Shown here one piece after another: positions 40,520-52,540 of a stretch of DNA of 64,000 nucleotides. The DNA is from Rhina ancylostomus. Its lineage: Eukaryota. The stretch spans positions 81,589,940 to 81,653,939 of the forward strand of contig JARFYF010000052.1 of assembly GCA_030265395.1 (NCBI GenBank). Direction: 5' to 3'. The notes below the pieces were generated by a model. That model was not told the origin of the DNA and did not search any database. It worked only from the letters and a program-made list of their open reading frames with translations. The position numbers and the translations under genes were made by a program. The first letter of the stretch is position 1; each line of letters begins with the position of its first letter.

Positions 40520-40615
40520 AGATAGAGTCAAAGGGAGCTACAGCATGGAAACAGGCCCTTTGGCTCACAGGGTCTGCATCTGTCATCAAATGCCCATTTA
40601 CACCAATATCACATC
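40520..40615 (-). mobile_element. HE1/HER1-type 3' tail
   Basis: tacagcatggaaacaggccctt is the reverse complement of the tail at 42784-42805. Confidence 0.7.
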
Positions 40616-41273
40616 TTTTGTGCCAGACCAAAGGATTGTGCCAAGAAACAGAATCAGTAATTTGTAATTAGAATGCTTGAAATAGTGGTGAACATTATAC
40701 CTGCTGAATCATCAATAAAATTGCTTTAATTCTAAACTCTTACAAGTGACACTTTGGCTAAAATGTGTACCTGAAATATTGAAATTTCATACATTTCCTT
40801 AATAATACACAAAAATATTTTTTCAGAAATTCAGCACAATAGTTTCCAAAAAACTGTTCAGCCAGTATTTTAGTTCAACCTTTTCTCATGGACAGTTCTA
40901 ACAAAGGCACTACTGAAATTGATGAAGAACCTGCTTGTATTTCCAGCATTTAAGTCTTAATTTATTTTGAGGACTGGTTATCAACAGACCCAATCTTTTA
41001 GAAAAGATTAGGTGGGCGAATATGCTTCTTGACAACTCAAATGACTAGGCAACTCACAGAAGGTACGCTGTTTTCAGAGCAACCTTTATCTTTTTTGTTC
41101 TATTAAGTTAGAAAGGTGATCATAATCACGTGCAATAAAAATTCCAAAAACTTGGGAAGATGTCACAAAGGTTGAATGTTATGACTATAAATAGCTAGGA
41201 GATCCAACATTACATTCGTTACTTTAACCTTTGGCTTGTGACTTCATAACACACTCAGTCATGTTTGCAATAC

Positions 41274-41541
41274 CTTGGTTAATAGCTCACAGGTTCAGGC
41301 CACAAATGCAGTTAGCAAGTGCATTCATTTTGAAAAACTTGATGATTTCTTTCCTGAAAGATAGTGTTGAAGTTCCTTGATTTAAATGTCCATCTTCAGT
41401 TGCCTGTGCCATAGTAGCAGCTGTATGTTGAACTGCACTAGCCCAAGAAAAGGCATTGTTGTGTATTTAGTTTAGGGTGAGTTTCTGCTTTATTATATTT
41501 GAACACTTCATCTTTTCATGGTTTGGTTGTAAGACTTTCAT
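41274..41541 (-). other. Candidate non-coding exon (268 nt)
   Basis: Good acceptor tttctccaacatttttcag and weaker donor AAG|gtattg; only short ORFs. Confidence 0.2.
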
Positions 41542-42468
41542 CTGAAAAATGTTGGAGAAATCATAAACAGGAAACTTTGGAAGTAAGGAAAAATGGGGCA
41601 AAGAATTTGTCCTCCTCAAAGAATAAAAGAGGCTGCAGTCCATGCTGTCTACAAAAGTGGTCAAGGTAGGCAGCATCAATCTATCCAGGTCCAAGAACCA
41701 CCAAGGTTTCACCCAGACTAATTCTACGACAAAAGGGCTAACTTCAAAGAGAACCCCACTCAAATACCCAATGATTAAAACAGGCCATTAAATAGCAGAC
41801 AGATCAAATACCTCTTCCTGTCAATCAAGGGATTAACTGAAAATTTTCAGGAATGTAATTAAGTGCAAGCTTGGATTCCAAACCAATGCAGTATTTTATT
41901 CTACCATGGCTGATCAAGCTCCAAAATAATCCGAAAAAACAAAGCTACAACAAATACATTTTCCCACAGAAGACACGTATGCATACAATGTTCCAAAAGA
42001 TGTTTAGGAGACTGATACAAAAGAAGAACCCACATGTTTTTACAATCTTTAGTCTCTTAAAACCCAAGCCGGGGAGACTTAATAACCATTACCTGAATAA
42101 TTTCTCCTTTTTCATCACTCTTTAGGTATTGGACCATGAGATTTGACTATTCTGGTATCTCTACCAATAAAAAAAATCTGCACTTGCAGTTGCAATGACA
42201 AAGCTATGGACAATACACAAGTGCCCAGATCTCCCCATCAACCACATTCACTCCTCTGTTGCTTTCTCACATCTACAGGATTACACAGACAGCTGCTGTA
42301 CAAAAGTCCCCAATTCACATCCAGCTGCGGGACCGCAGTGCCTTTGCTCAGTGCTTGCAAAAGCACACAGTCCTGGTAAGAGTCAGTGCAGAACAATCTG
42401 AAGCAGAGACCACATTAACCCCCTGCTGAGGTCAATTATAGAGTCTCCACCCTGGACTACTACAGAAA

Positions 42469-42824
42469 GGGGCAGCACAATGGCACAGCAAGTGGAGCTG
42501 CTGTCTCACAGCTCCAGCAGCCCAGGTTCAATCCTAATTTCAGGTGCAGTCTATGTGGAGTTTGCATGTTTTTCCCGTTACCCCAAGTGATCCAGTCTCC
42601 TCCCACATCCCAAAGACGTGCTGCTGACTGGTCGGTTAATTGGTTATTGTAAACTGCCCCTAGTGTGTAGGTGTGAGGTAGAAGCTGGGGAGAGTTAAAG
42701 GGAATGTAGGAAGAGTAAAAGTGGGATTAGTGTGGGATTCATATAAACAGGCAGTTGCTGGGCAGTGCAGACTTGTTGGGCTGAAGGGCCTGTTTCCATG
42801 CTATATCACTCTAGGATTCTATGA
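42469..42824 (+). mobile_element. Full-length V-SINE (HE1-like) with CR1/HER1 tail
   Basis: tRNA head (ggttcaatcc), V-domain, and tail gggctgaagggcctgtttccatgct...ttctatga. Confidence 0.88.
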
Positions 42825-43437
42825 AGATGCTCCCATGCTTATATTAACTTTCCTTTAAATTTGATATTACCATAATACCAGTGCTTAAATCTGATTTGGT
42901 ATACTCACACATATGATGAGTTGTCACAGATTGCGACTAATCATTTGAGATAGTTTGCCACACTCAACCTAATTGAAACAAAAATCTAAATTTGCACCTT
43001 GTTTTATAAAGTCATAGAAAAACATCCTTCATGCAGAATTATTTCATGCTGATCTGGTTATCTTTTCCAGTTCCTCCTTGCATACACCTCTGCCAATGGC
43101 TCTTCCTTCCTCTGCCAAACCTCCTCCATATCTCCACTCGATTTCCTAGCAACCTCAGCTTGGACGAGGGTCAGCCTTGCTCCTCTCCAGTAATGCAAAA
43201 TTCTCTAACAGTGACTGTGGTGCATGAGCCTTAATCAAACTACACTGTTTCTCCACTTATGCAAACATTCCTTGTTCCGCCACTCACAGGAAGCATGGAA
43301 AAGAGGGAATGATGTTGAATTCCAGGCTAGAGACAACAATAGCTAGGCGATCTGGAGAACACGATCAAAAATCATAAGAGTGTCCTCATCAAGGTTTGAA
43401 GGAACGCTAAATACTAAACAGATGGTTTCCTCTGTTG

Positions 43438-43552
43438 CCAATTAGCCTACTAACCTGCACATCTTTGGGGTATGGGAGGAAACTGGAGCACCTGGGGGAA
43501 ACCTATGTAATCACAGGGCAAACATGCAAACTCCACACAGTCAGCATTAGAA
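43438..43552 (-). mobile_element. V-SINE fragment
   Basis: catctttggggtatgggaggaaactggagcacc...tgcaaactccacacag is the antisense V-domain. Confidence 0.8.
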
Positions 43553-44929
43553 GTTGCCCTAATGGTGACTATTCTCTCGCTCATTCCTCGTGAGCGGTAA
43601 TTCTTAGGCCGCAAATAGTTTTCTTTTTCACCAACCAGATTTTTTTAAAACCAAAGTTTGTACATTTCACATACATAATCTAAAATCCTGAGGAAAACAG
43701 TTAGAATACAGTTGTTGATGACAGTGATATTAAAGACATCNNNNNNNNNNGGAGTTACAATGACACACACAGGGGAGTACATTGTGCATAATTCTTCCGG
43801 GTAGTTTAGGATGCAAGGTATTTGAGAAGCACATTCTATCTGACCACAAATGTGTGAAGTTTTCAGTGACTACATAAACAGAGGGAGTATAATTTTCAGA
43901 ATAGTTCATTGATTAATCATTTCAACACAGTGAAACACATTTAAGAATATATGGAACTGCAGTTTCATGCAGTACTAAAGACGGCCTTGTTTCCCAGTTT
44001 TGCTCTAAAATAGTTGCAGAAAGCTGCAAAACAGCACACACAGCAGAGGAGCAGAAATCACTGTTAGCAACTTGGATTTCCACATTGAGCTAAAGGTATG
44101 CAATCTCCAGGTTTCCTCCATAGCAAGTCCAGATAGCCTCGTTGTTACTCTCACTGAAAATTGCAAACTATTCATTCACTGGAAAATGGTTGTTCATAAC
44201 TCACAACTTACATTTGATAAGGGCATCACTTTGCAGATTGACCACGACCTGAATCAGCTTTCACTGTGTAGGCTTCAAATGAAAATCTATTTGTTTTGTT
44301 TACTTCAAACATTTCATGCTTATGTTGTGCCATATTCAAGTGACTATGTTTAGAGTGCAACAATCCAATGGAGACAGAATAAAATCTGCCCTTGATGAGA
44401 ATAGTCATTGAATCTCTACAAGAGGCAGATTTACCGGCCTTTACAGAAAAGGTCTATTAGCTTGTTCAGACATAAGCAGCATATTAGATCATCTTTATTT
44501 TGTCCTAATAATTCCATTCGCTGCAAAAAAAGGTAACAAAAAAAGCCATTTTGAAAAAAAATTCTTAATGTGAAAAGGTTCTTTAAGCAGCATTTGGTTC
44601 AGTAACATTTCTATTCACAGTCCCCATTTATTCAGTTGCTCACTTGCAGTATCCCATTTTTTGTAATGTACTCAATCAACATCGACTTGAAAGGTTGCCA
44701 GTGACATTCTATCTGATACCAGTCATTGGCAGGGACTTCAACAATATCTTAGATCTATAATAACTTTCCCAGCTTATTTCTGCAGCAGAATAAAATTACC
44801 AGACAACACCTGTGTTGTGTGTGTCTTTGTCTACATGCATTTGTGTCTCACATGCCTGTTCTTGTCAGATATTCTTGTAAATCATAATCAATACATCTCT
44901 TGGCTGATGAGGATATTGAAGCATGTGGG

Positions 44930-45140
44930 TCTGCATTCAGAGGTTTCAGCAGCAAATGGCTACAAACCATTCGAATGCACGGGGCAGCAGAGGTCAGTAA
45001 CCAGGAGTGGGGACTCCATGTACCTTTCCCCCTATCCCTCACCCATGGACACAGTGACATACAGTTTTGCCCCAGTCCGATCCCAGCTGCTGCATTAACT
45101 CAGCACAGAACAGAGAATGACAAAGAAACCTTCTCCATTT
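44930..45140 (-). mobile_element. Ancient SINE-like repeat (antisense of the 24 kb family)
   Basis: taactcagcacaga is the reverse complement of the ctgtgct(a/g)agtta core. Confidence 0.5.
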
Positions 45141-45724
45141 AATATTCAGGACCATACGGATAACTTTTAAACCATCACACTCACATTGCCGTAAATGCAA
45201 AGCAGATATTTGATAATGTTTTAAATCTAAACATCAATCTCCATTGTTTTTTTAAAAATGAGTGTAAGTGGACTCTCCGGGATCTGATTGGCTAACAATC
45301 AATATATCAGCACCCAACCGCTGTTGCGGAGTGAGTGAAAACAATGGCCAGTCCTCCCCGTAGGGTACTGGGTGCGTTTTTAATACCTTGCATGCTGTTG
45401 ATAGTGAACAGCCACGGAGCTGAATGATGCAGAATGTGTCACTGGTCTGAAGCAGCCGGTAGGTTATGATGTCCATGCTAACACTTCTTGCGAAGTCTAC
45501 AGGGAACAAAGGCATTAGGGATCAGCAATGATCACAGTGGATCATGAGGAGAGGGAACAATTCATAAGATAACAGCGAGAGGAGATGCTTCAGCCCAAAG
45601 TATAAAACTCTGCTTTTCATTGATGAGCACTGCCTGGGAGCACAACCAGTTGTTTAATTTCCACCACAGATGCAGAGCTTATAAAACAAGCTCATGGCTC
45701 CCTAAACAATCAACAAAGCTGAAA

Positions 45725-45931
45725 AATCAAAAAACTGCAAATGCTGGAAACCTAAAACAAAAACCGAAAATTCTGTAAATACTCAGCAAGTCAGGCTGCA
45801 TCCACAGGAAGAGAAATCGAGTTGGTATTCTGATGAAGGGTCTCCGACCTGAAATGTTGACTCTGTTTCTCTTCCCACAGATGCAGCCTGACCTGCTGAG
45901 TATTTCCAGCATTTGCTGCTTTTGTTTTAAA
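45725..45931. mobile_element. Fold-back element made of two inverted Penelope terminal repeats
   Basis: aaatactcagcaagtcaggctgcatc pairs with gatgcagcctgacctgctgagtattt; aagagaaa pairs with tttctctt. Confidence 0.85.
45826..45862 (+). ncRNA. Minimal type-I hammerhead ribozyme motif (Penelope-associated), possibly inactive
   Basis: CUGAUGA-A-GGGUC(UCC)GACCU-GAAA-UG-UU; core boxes and stem II intact, stems I and III decayed. Confidence 0.6.
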
Positions 45932-46406
45932 TCACCAAGCTGTCCAGTTCTGCAACACACCCTACTTCAACTGACAACTGGGCTTTTTAACCAAATGACA
46001 TTATTTCATAAAGTTATGAAAAACCCTGAAAGGAAGTGGAAAGGATTAAAATGAAAAAAAACACATTGTCTGTTGGACCACAACACTATTTTGCATCAGT
46101 TATATGTGTTGATAGAAAATAACTACTGGCCACAATGGCTAGAAAAAAAAATCCATCCTCAGTAACAATTTCTTCAACCTTATTAAATGCAGAGCTTCAA
46201 TACTTGCACTGACAATATTCTTCCTTTACCACATCACTGCACTACTGGAAGAGAGTTGGATATTTCTATCTCTTGAAAGATCTTCAGGTGGGCTCATTTT
46301 AATTCATAACTAAAATCCACTGATGCTAAAAATATATTAAAAAAATGTTGGAAGTTTTCAGCAAATTAGCCAGAATCTGTGGAAAGGAAAGAAATAAACG
46401 GTTATG

Positions 46407-46745
46407 GATAAAGTAGACTACAGGAAATTTTCCCCTGTATCAGAGGATAAAACTAGAGGACATAGGTTTATGGTTAGGGTAAAAGATTTAGAGGGGATCT
46501 GAGGGGGACTTCTTTCACCCAGAGAGCGGTGAGTGCCTGGAACACACTGCCTGAGAGAGGGGGGGAAGCAGAGTTGCAGACGGCACTTATGAAGTGTCTC
46601 CACAAGCACTTGAATCGCTTCAGCATAGAAGACTATGTATGGGTCAAGTGCCTGAAAATGGGATTAATGAGTGGGTGCCCACTGGTTAGTGTGCACATGG
46701 TGGGCCGAATGGTTTGCTCCCACGCTGTATGGCTCTATGACTCTA
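46407..46745 (+). mobile_element. CR1 3' end
   Basis: Encodes KTRGHRF and FFTQRAVSAWNTLPER; tail gggccgaatgg...ctctatgactcta. Confidence 0.85.
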
Positions 46746-47174
46746 AAAATATGGGGATCCAGCAGATTTCCAGACTGATTTCAACAAATTCAGGTCACAA
46801 AGGCAAACTAAACTGGGCAAAGAAAATCGAAACTGGGCAAAGACAAGGATTGAGGTCAATGCGAGAAAATCTGATGTCACAGCCAAATTGGAAATGTTTT
46901 TAGGGATGTGAAAACTGTGGAAAATCAAAGGGATTTAGGTATTCATATTTTTAAACCACTGAAAACTATCATGGGAAAGGTAACACAAAACCCTAAATAA
47001 AATGTTGTTTTATCAATAGGTGTTGGAACTAAAAAATGAACAAATGATATCTCAGTTTTAGTCAGTTTTATGACTCTATGAGATGCCATTGACTTTGGAG
47101 GTGTGGGAGTTGTGGAAAGGTAGGGACAGGGAGAAAAATGGGACAAATTCATGTGTGAGATTCTAGCCTTTCTT

Positions 47175-47585
47175 GATGTATATTCCCTTACACTTGGAAA
47201 TCTTAAAGGTGATTGAATTAAGATTGGTAAGGTGACAGAGGTCTAATCAAGAAGATACAGAAAAATTCTTAGGTAAGGAAATGCATGAAAAGAGGGGATA
47301 CCCCTGAAATTACAGAGCAGCCGTACAGAAGTGGTTACCTATCTAAAACATATTTTCTTATAAAGAGTCAGTGAAATGTCGACCTCTCTCTACTAAAATC
47401 TGTAGATGGTGGGTCAACAGAAGTCTTCAAACCTGAGATTGCTGAGCTTTATTAAGTTAAGGGGTATCATGAGGCGTAGAGCCATAGTGGGTAAATGCAG
47501 TTGAGATGCAGACCAGATTTGATTTAAAGGGAGGATGGAATAGACTTGGTTGGAGCTCAATAGCCAGCAATTCTTCCGATGATCC
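47175..47585 (+). mobile_element. Decayed CR1 3' end
   Basis: aaaggtgattgaatta; cagttgagatgcagaccagatt... is homologous to the 58.7 kb tail. Confidence 0.55.
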
Positions 47586-47699
47586 AACATAAGATTCCAG
47601 ATTAGAACTGGTGAGCTGGGAATGTTTTTGGAGCGGGGTTGCTGAAAAACATTGAACAGAACCTGAAACCAGCAATTACTTTGCACCGATCCTCCACAC

Positions 47700-48190
47700 C
47701 ACAGTTACCATCACAGTCCTGGTTACTACACCCCAAATTCATTAATCTCTAGTTTGTGTCTAATGCCTAGGTCCCACTGCACTGTCAGTTCCAATCTCTT
47801 GACTCATTCCCACTCCATTGCTGTTGAAACTCTAGCTCCCATTCAGTTAGTTCATGTCACACTTCTAGTCCCTGCACAATCCCCCCACATCTCATTCCTG
47901 CTACACACCAAGTTCTTGTCCCACCAACTCACACTGCATCCTTAATTCCCATAATAATCCTAGTTCTTCCAACCATTATTTTAGCCACAGCCCAGATGAC
48001 TTTGCATTTTGTTTCCATTCCACACTTAGTTCCTGCACCCCAGTTTCCACCTGTCCTTAAGTCCCCCCTTCACTTGTTCCTGCAGTTCTAGTTCCCAGTT
48101 CCAGTTCTTGCACCCCAGCGTTCCAAGTTCCCATCACATTCCTAGTTCCTTCACCCAAGTTATTGCACCACCCCTAGTTTGTGCACCCTT
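47700..48190. repeat. Degenerate tandem repeat
   Basis: Recurrent (ct)agttcc(tgcacccc) units; strongly C/T-skewed. Confidence 0.6.
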
Positions 48191-49625
48191 GGATGTGACG
48201 GGCTCTACTGCAAGTACTGTCCACACATTGGGCCAAGTGACTTCTGTTCTTGGAAAAGGTGAACCAGATGACACTGGTTGAGGAATATGCTTGCCTATGA
48301 TTTCCAGATGGCTGACTGACCTGCAGATATTTAACATCACAGCTCACAGAATAGTGCCAAAGAGATGCAGTACATGTAACTCGTGGAAATGTGCTCCCAG
48401 AGAGGAGACAACATTGGATATTACCTTCAATCAATAAAATGTTGCTGCATAGGTGCCACTAATGGTGCAATGATTCACCTGCAGTAACACACTTATATTT
48501 ACTGAATAGGCACTGAGCAAAGTTTCACAATACCCACACATTTCCTTTACAGTAGAAGATCCTTATCTACTTACTCCTACACCCTTAACGGGAATGTTTA
48601 AAGATGACATTCATGCAAACAGATTTGCCAACGCAAATGCAAATCAAAGCCTGTTCTGCCGTGTGCCTTTCGGAAATTTATGACCATTACAACCACAAAA
48701 ACACAATGTTGCCTATTTATCACCAACTCTTCAACAACAATAAACAAAAATTGCTTGCTGTTATTTTGGTCTTTTATGTCCTTTTCTTTAAGGTCAATGG
48801 GATGATTATAACCATATTTGTAACTAGACAATCCATTGGAATATTACAGTAGTCCAATAATGTCTCATTGTGATATGACAATTGTTTCAAATGTTTCTGT
48901 CCATATAAAATCTTTTCTTCTTTGCTGTATTTCATAAACAAATAAAAATCTCAGTTTTACATTTCTGCAAAGTCTTGCCAATTACTTAATCATTCTTTAC
49001 TCCTTAGCAGATGTGTGCATTCTCCTTGTACTGACTTTCAAACTCTAATAAAGTAACATCAACCTGAATGAAGTCCTTTTCCCACATTTTCATAGAAACA
49101 CAGTGTCTTTTTAAAAAAATATCCATTGCGGACAAATGCCAGCAGCTGCCACACTCCCACGTGCCCACAGAAACTCTGACGAATTGTGTGTTCGATGATG
49201 TGGTCATTAAAAGCAAAAGAAACTACACCTTTCTCAAGAGGGAATTTGTGTATCTCCTTGATCAATCATGTTGAAGGATAAGTACTGCAGAGTGCAGAGT
49301 TTGAACCAGGAAATGGACATTTGGAAAATTTATTCAAAGCCTGAGCCCATACAGTACACAGTATGTAAAATAAAATGGGAAAGATAGATGGGATTGGAAG
49401 AAACAGCTGGGAAGACAAGAAGAAAATACTTTGTAATATCCAAAGATCATACAAATCTGGAGGCATGAGACTCCACACTTATAAAAGTGAGTGTTCAGTA
49501 ACAGCGTACTCATTAGGCAGCAACTAAAAGCAGTTGGACAATTAAAAGTTTACTAATATTTGAATAGACATGCATAACTTTTTCTGGCATTTTTAGTGGG
49601 TATATATAAATACCAATGTATTTAC

Positions 49626-49667
49626 CTGTTCAGCCTCTTGGCGAAAGATAGTCTCAGTGTGAAACTT
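49626..49667 (-). other. Candidate 42-nt micro-exon
   Basis: ctctctgtcccag| ... CAG|gtaaat; frame-preserving (KFHTETIFRQEAEQ in phase 0). Confidence 0.2.
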
Positions 49668-50364
49668 CTGGGACAGAGAGTTGACTTGGACAGTGAAATC
49701 TTTATTTCCAATATTAACTGTGTTTCATCATTGTTAGGAGTAGCTGTCTAATTTCCTCTTTAAAAACTGATTGCTGTTAGCCTCAGTTATGTTACCAGAG
49801 AATGTGCATCAAAGTAACTTTTACCACAATAGTACTTCAAAAACAATTGAAGAAGATTTACTGAGAAGTGCTGGAGACAGAGAAATATATATCGGCACTG
49901 CTCACTGAATGCATTGAATAATGCATCATGAAAATTGACACACATGATGAATGGTTAGAACCCTAAATCCAAATTCACCCCACAAGAAGATGCAGGTCTC
50001 AGCAAAAGTACCAATCTGATCTCAAAGCATTCAAAATCTTTGAGACTTTAGAGTAAGAAGTTCAATGAAGATATTATGACATAAGTGACACAAATTTAAA
50101 CAAAAGTTCAACCATGAAATATATAATCTTAATCAGATTAAACTTTTAATTTGATTCTGTTTAATTGAGAATAATATCTGATAGCTTTAAAGGAACTGAT
50201 AGCTCATTCAACACTGCAGTTACAGTACAAGATTCATAGTTAGCAGTGACACACCCAGGAGTAACACATACTGGAGGATTCATGATGGGTTTTCAATGCT
50301 TCCAACATACCAATTCTAAAAAAATGGTAGATTTAATTTTAGTTAAGATCTGAAATTCCCAACC

Positions 50365-50556
50365 ATTAAAAGGTTGTTGAAACAAAATCAATCAATGCCT
50401 TCAAAAGAGAATTGTATTGGCACACAAGATGAATAACTTGCAGGGTTATGGGGAAAAAGCACAAAAATGGGACCAACAGGATTATTCTATTAGGAGCTGG
50501 CATGGACTCAGTGAGCTGAATAGCCTTCTCCAGTACCATAACAATTCTATGATTCT
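50365..50556 (+). mobile_element. CR1 3' tail
   Basis: gcagggttatggggaaaaagc...gagctgaatagccttctcc...ttctatgattct. Confidence 0.75.
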
Positions 50557-50851
50557 GTAAGCAAATAATGGTACATATAGAAAGTTTATTTTCAGAAGTG
50601 TTACCTTTGATGGAAGTAGGAGATTTATTCTTACACACCAAAGGTTTTAAAAGCTTAGCAGAGAATATGCTCCTCAGTTAACTTTGTGGATAAAATAATG
50701 ATAAACCTAATTGATTATGGAGCCTGCTGTAATTTTGAGAAATGCTCTGACTACAAGTTACAGCATGCTGGTCCTTGCTGTACTTGATCCTTCACTCCAG
50801 AGCACTTCTGCTTGGTGTTTCAAACATGTTTCTGGCGGAATACAGACTCAC

Positions 50852-51045
50852 GGTTTAAATTGGTCCAGTGTAGTCTGGCAGAACAAGTCTCGCTAAACTT
50901 CTCTGCACTCGAGGACAAAGTTGATGCCCGTCTCACTTGTAGCCTCCAACTAATCCTTTTTCCTACCGTTATACTCCTCGCCTCTCTCCTTCAATGTACA
51001 GTGGTTTTTTTAAGTTTTAGAATTGCTCCAGCTAAGCTCCAAAGT
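50852..51045 (-). other. Candidate non-coding first exon
   Basis: Donor ACC|gtgagt (actcac at 50846-50851); TATAAG about 30 nt upstream; no ATG-initiated ORF reaches the donor. The TSS is estimated. Confidence 0.45.
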
Positions 51046-51069
51046 TGCCATCTATGTAATTGTTCATAT

Positions 51070-51179
51070 CTTATACAACCCCGGCATAGTGAAACCAAGA
51101 CCAGGAATTTCCCCGGAGCTGCTCTACTAATGCGCAAACAGGGTTTCCGTCACATTAAATTACAGTTGGAAATTCCTGG
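51070..51179 (-). promoter_or_regulatory. Putative NF-kB-responsive TATA promoter
   Basis: TATAAG (51075-51070), GGGGAAATTCC (51114-51104), GGGTTTCC (51141-51148), GGAAATTCC (51168-51176), IRF-like AGTGAAAC (51088-51095), C/EBP-like TGCGCAA (51131-51137). Confidence 0.5.
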
Positions 51180-52054
51180 CTCAAAACTCATCATGCAGGT
51201 TGACAGCCTGAACTTACTTCTTCCTTGAACTGATTGACCCCTTAAGTCTTTTAGTCTTTCCTTCCTCCAGTACGATCCCCAGGTTTTATAAATTCCATTT
51301 TAGCGTCACATAATAAAAAGATAAGCCAGGTGATAGTGCTTAACTCCATTATGCCTCAGTGGCCCTGCTTGGAGTTCAGCTGAGATTCCCCACAGTTATT
51401 ATGAAAAAAGGCGCCCTCTCACTAGGCAAGAGCACTTTGTACAAAGATTCTGAACCAGAAATTGCACTTTCACTTTTGTATTGACCACCACATTTTCACC
51501 TTAACAAAATAAATCAAGTGGATGCTGCAGTTATGAGATGATAAGGAGGCCAAAAGGTTCACAATACCTTCTTTGCAGTGATGTCTTTCAGAATGTCCAC
51601 CTGCTGGCCACTACTGACCCGGGGGGGGGGGGGGGGGTGACGGGGANNNNNNNNNNGCCCGCGGACCAGGCTCCCTGGCCCAGGGGGGGTGACGGGGAAC
51701 AGCCTCATTCATCCTGAGCTGGAATTTAGGGCTTGGCTGTAATTCTGCCACCATTGCACCCAGCAAAAGGTGACCTTTTGTCTGGTCACCACTCGCCATC
51801 TGTAGAAGAATTGCCTGGCTCAGGGAATCCTGTCCCATACACCTTTACATGATCTTAAAATAACTCTCGCCAGTCGGGAACTGATGTATATTGCTGAGAT
51901 GATTGGAAAGAATCCAAACCTCTGCAGGCAGACTGTTAAGGGGTTTAATTATCTTGAGCAATGAATACATTAGAAGCTGAAAAGAATCCTTTTTTTTAAT
52001 CTTCAATCGTAGCCCTTGCTAAGCCTCTCCTTCTGTCCTTGATTTGAAGGATGT

Positions 52055-52540
52055 TATCATCTAGCACGGGCACATCAAGGTTGCAGAGTGTACCACCTCC
52101 AAGTTGACTTGAAGCAACTTGATTTGGCTTTTTCCACAGAACCCCCTAAAGCTGTTTGACCAGGAAGGACAAGTGCAGCAGGTTCACAGGGAAGCTACAC
52201 CTGCAGGTTGCAGTCTACAGCACATCCTGACTTGGAAGGATATTGGTATTCCCTCATTGCTGCTGGGTCTATTTCCTTGTCCATACACTCACGGGAAGTA
52301 AGATGGTGGCTCATCACTGCCTCCTCAAGGGCAATTAGGGGTAGAGCCTGGATACCCGACCCAAGCCTGATGTTACCTTCAGGTTCAGATTTGGTCACTA
52401 TCATAAGAAATTTAGTCATTGGGCTCAGGACAGGTTTAGAATGGCTGTTTCAATTTTATATCTGAACTGATCTCTAATTACAGAAAGGCAATAAGTGCTG
52501 GCTTTGCCAACAACACACAATGCCGTAATGAATAAAAAAA
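52055..52540 (+). mobile_element. LINE 3' end interrupted by a MITE
   Basis: catcctgacttggaag and ctcaagggcaattaggg[insert]ggcaataagtgctggctttgcc...gaataaaaaaaa. Confidence 0.7.
52342..52476. mobile_element. 135-bp hAT-like MITE
   Basis: TAGAG...CTCTA termini; flanks ATTAGGGG and ATTACAGA are consistent with a decayed 8-bp TSD; it splits an otherwise contiguous LINE tail. Confidence 0.5.

Noticed and set aside
50812-51228. 138-aa plus-strand ORF
   Set aside because: Non-ATG start and no recognisable homology; the region is better explained as a minus-strand promoter and exon.
51620-51698. Poly-G tract and duplicated gggggggtgacgggga
   Set aside because: Flanks a small gap; likely a sequencing or assembly artefact.
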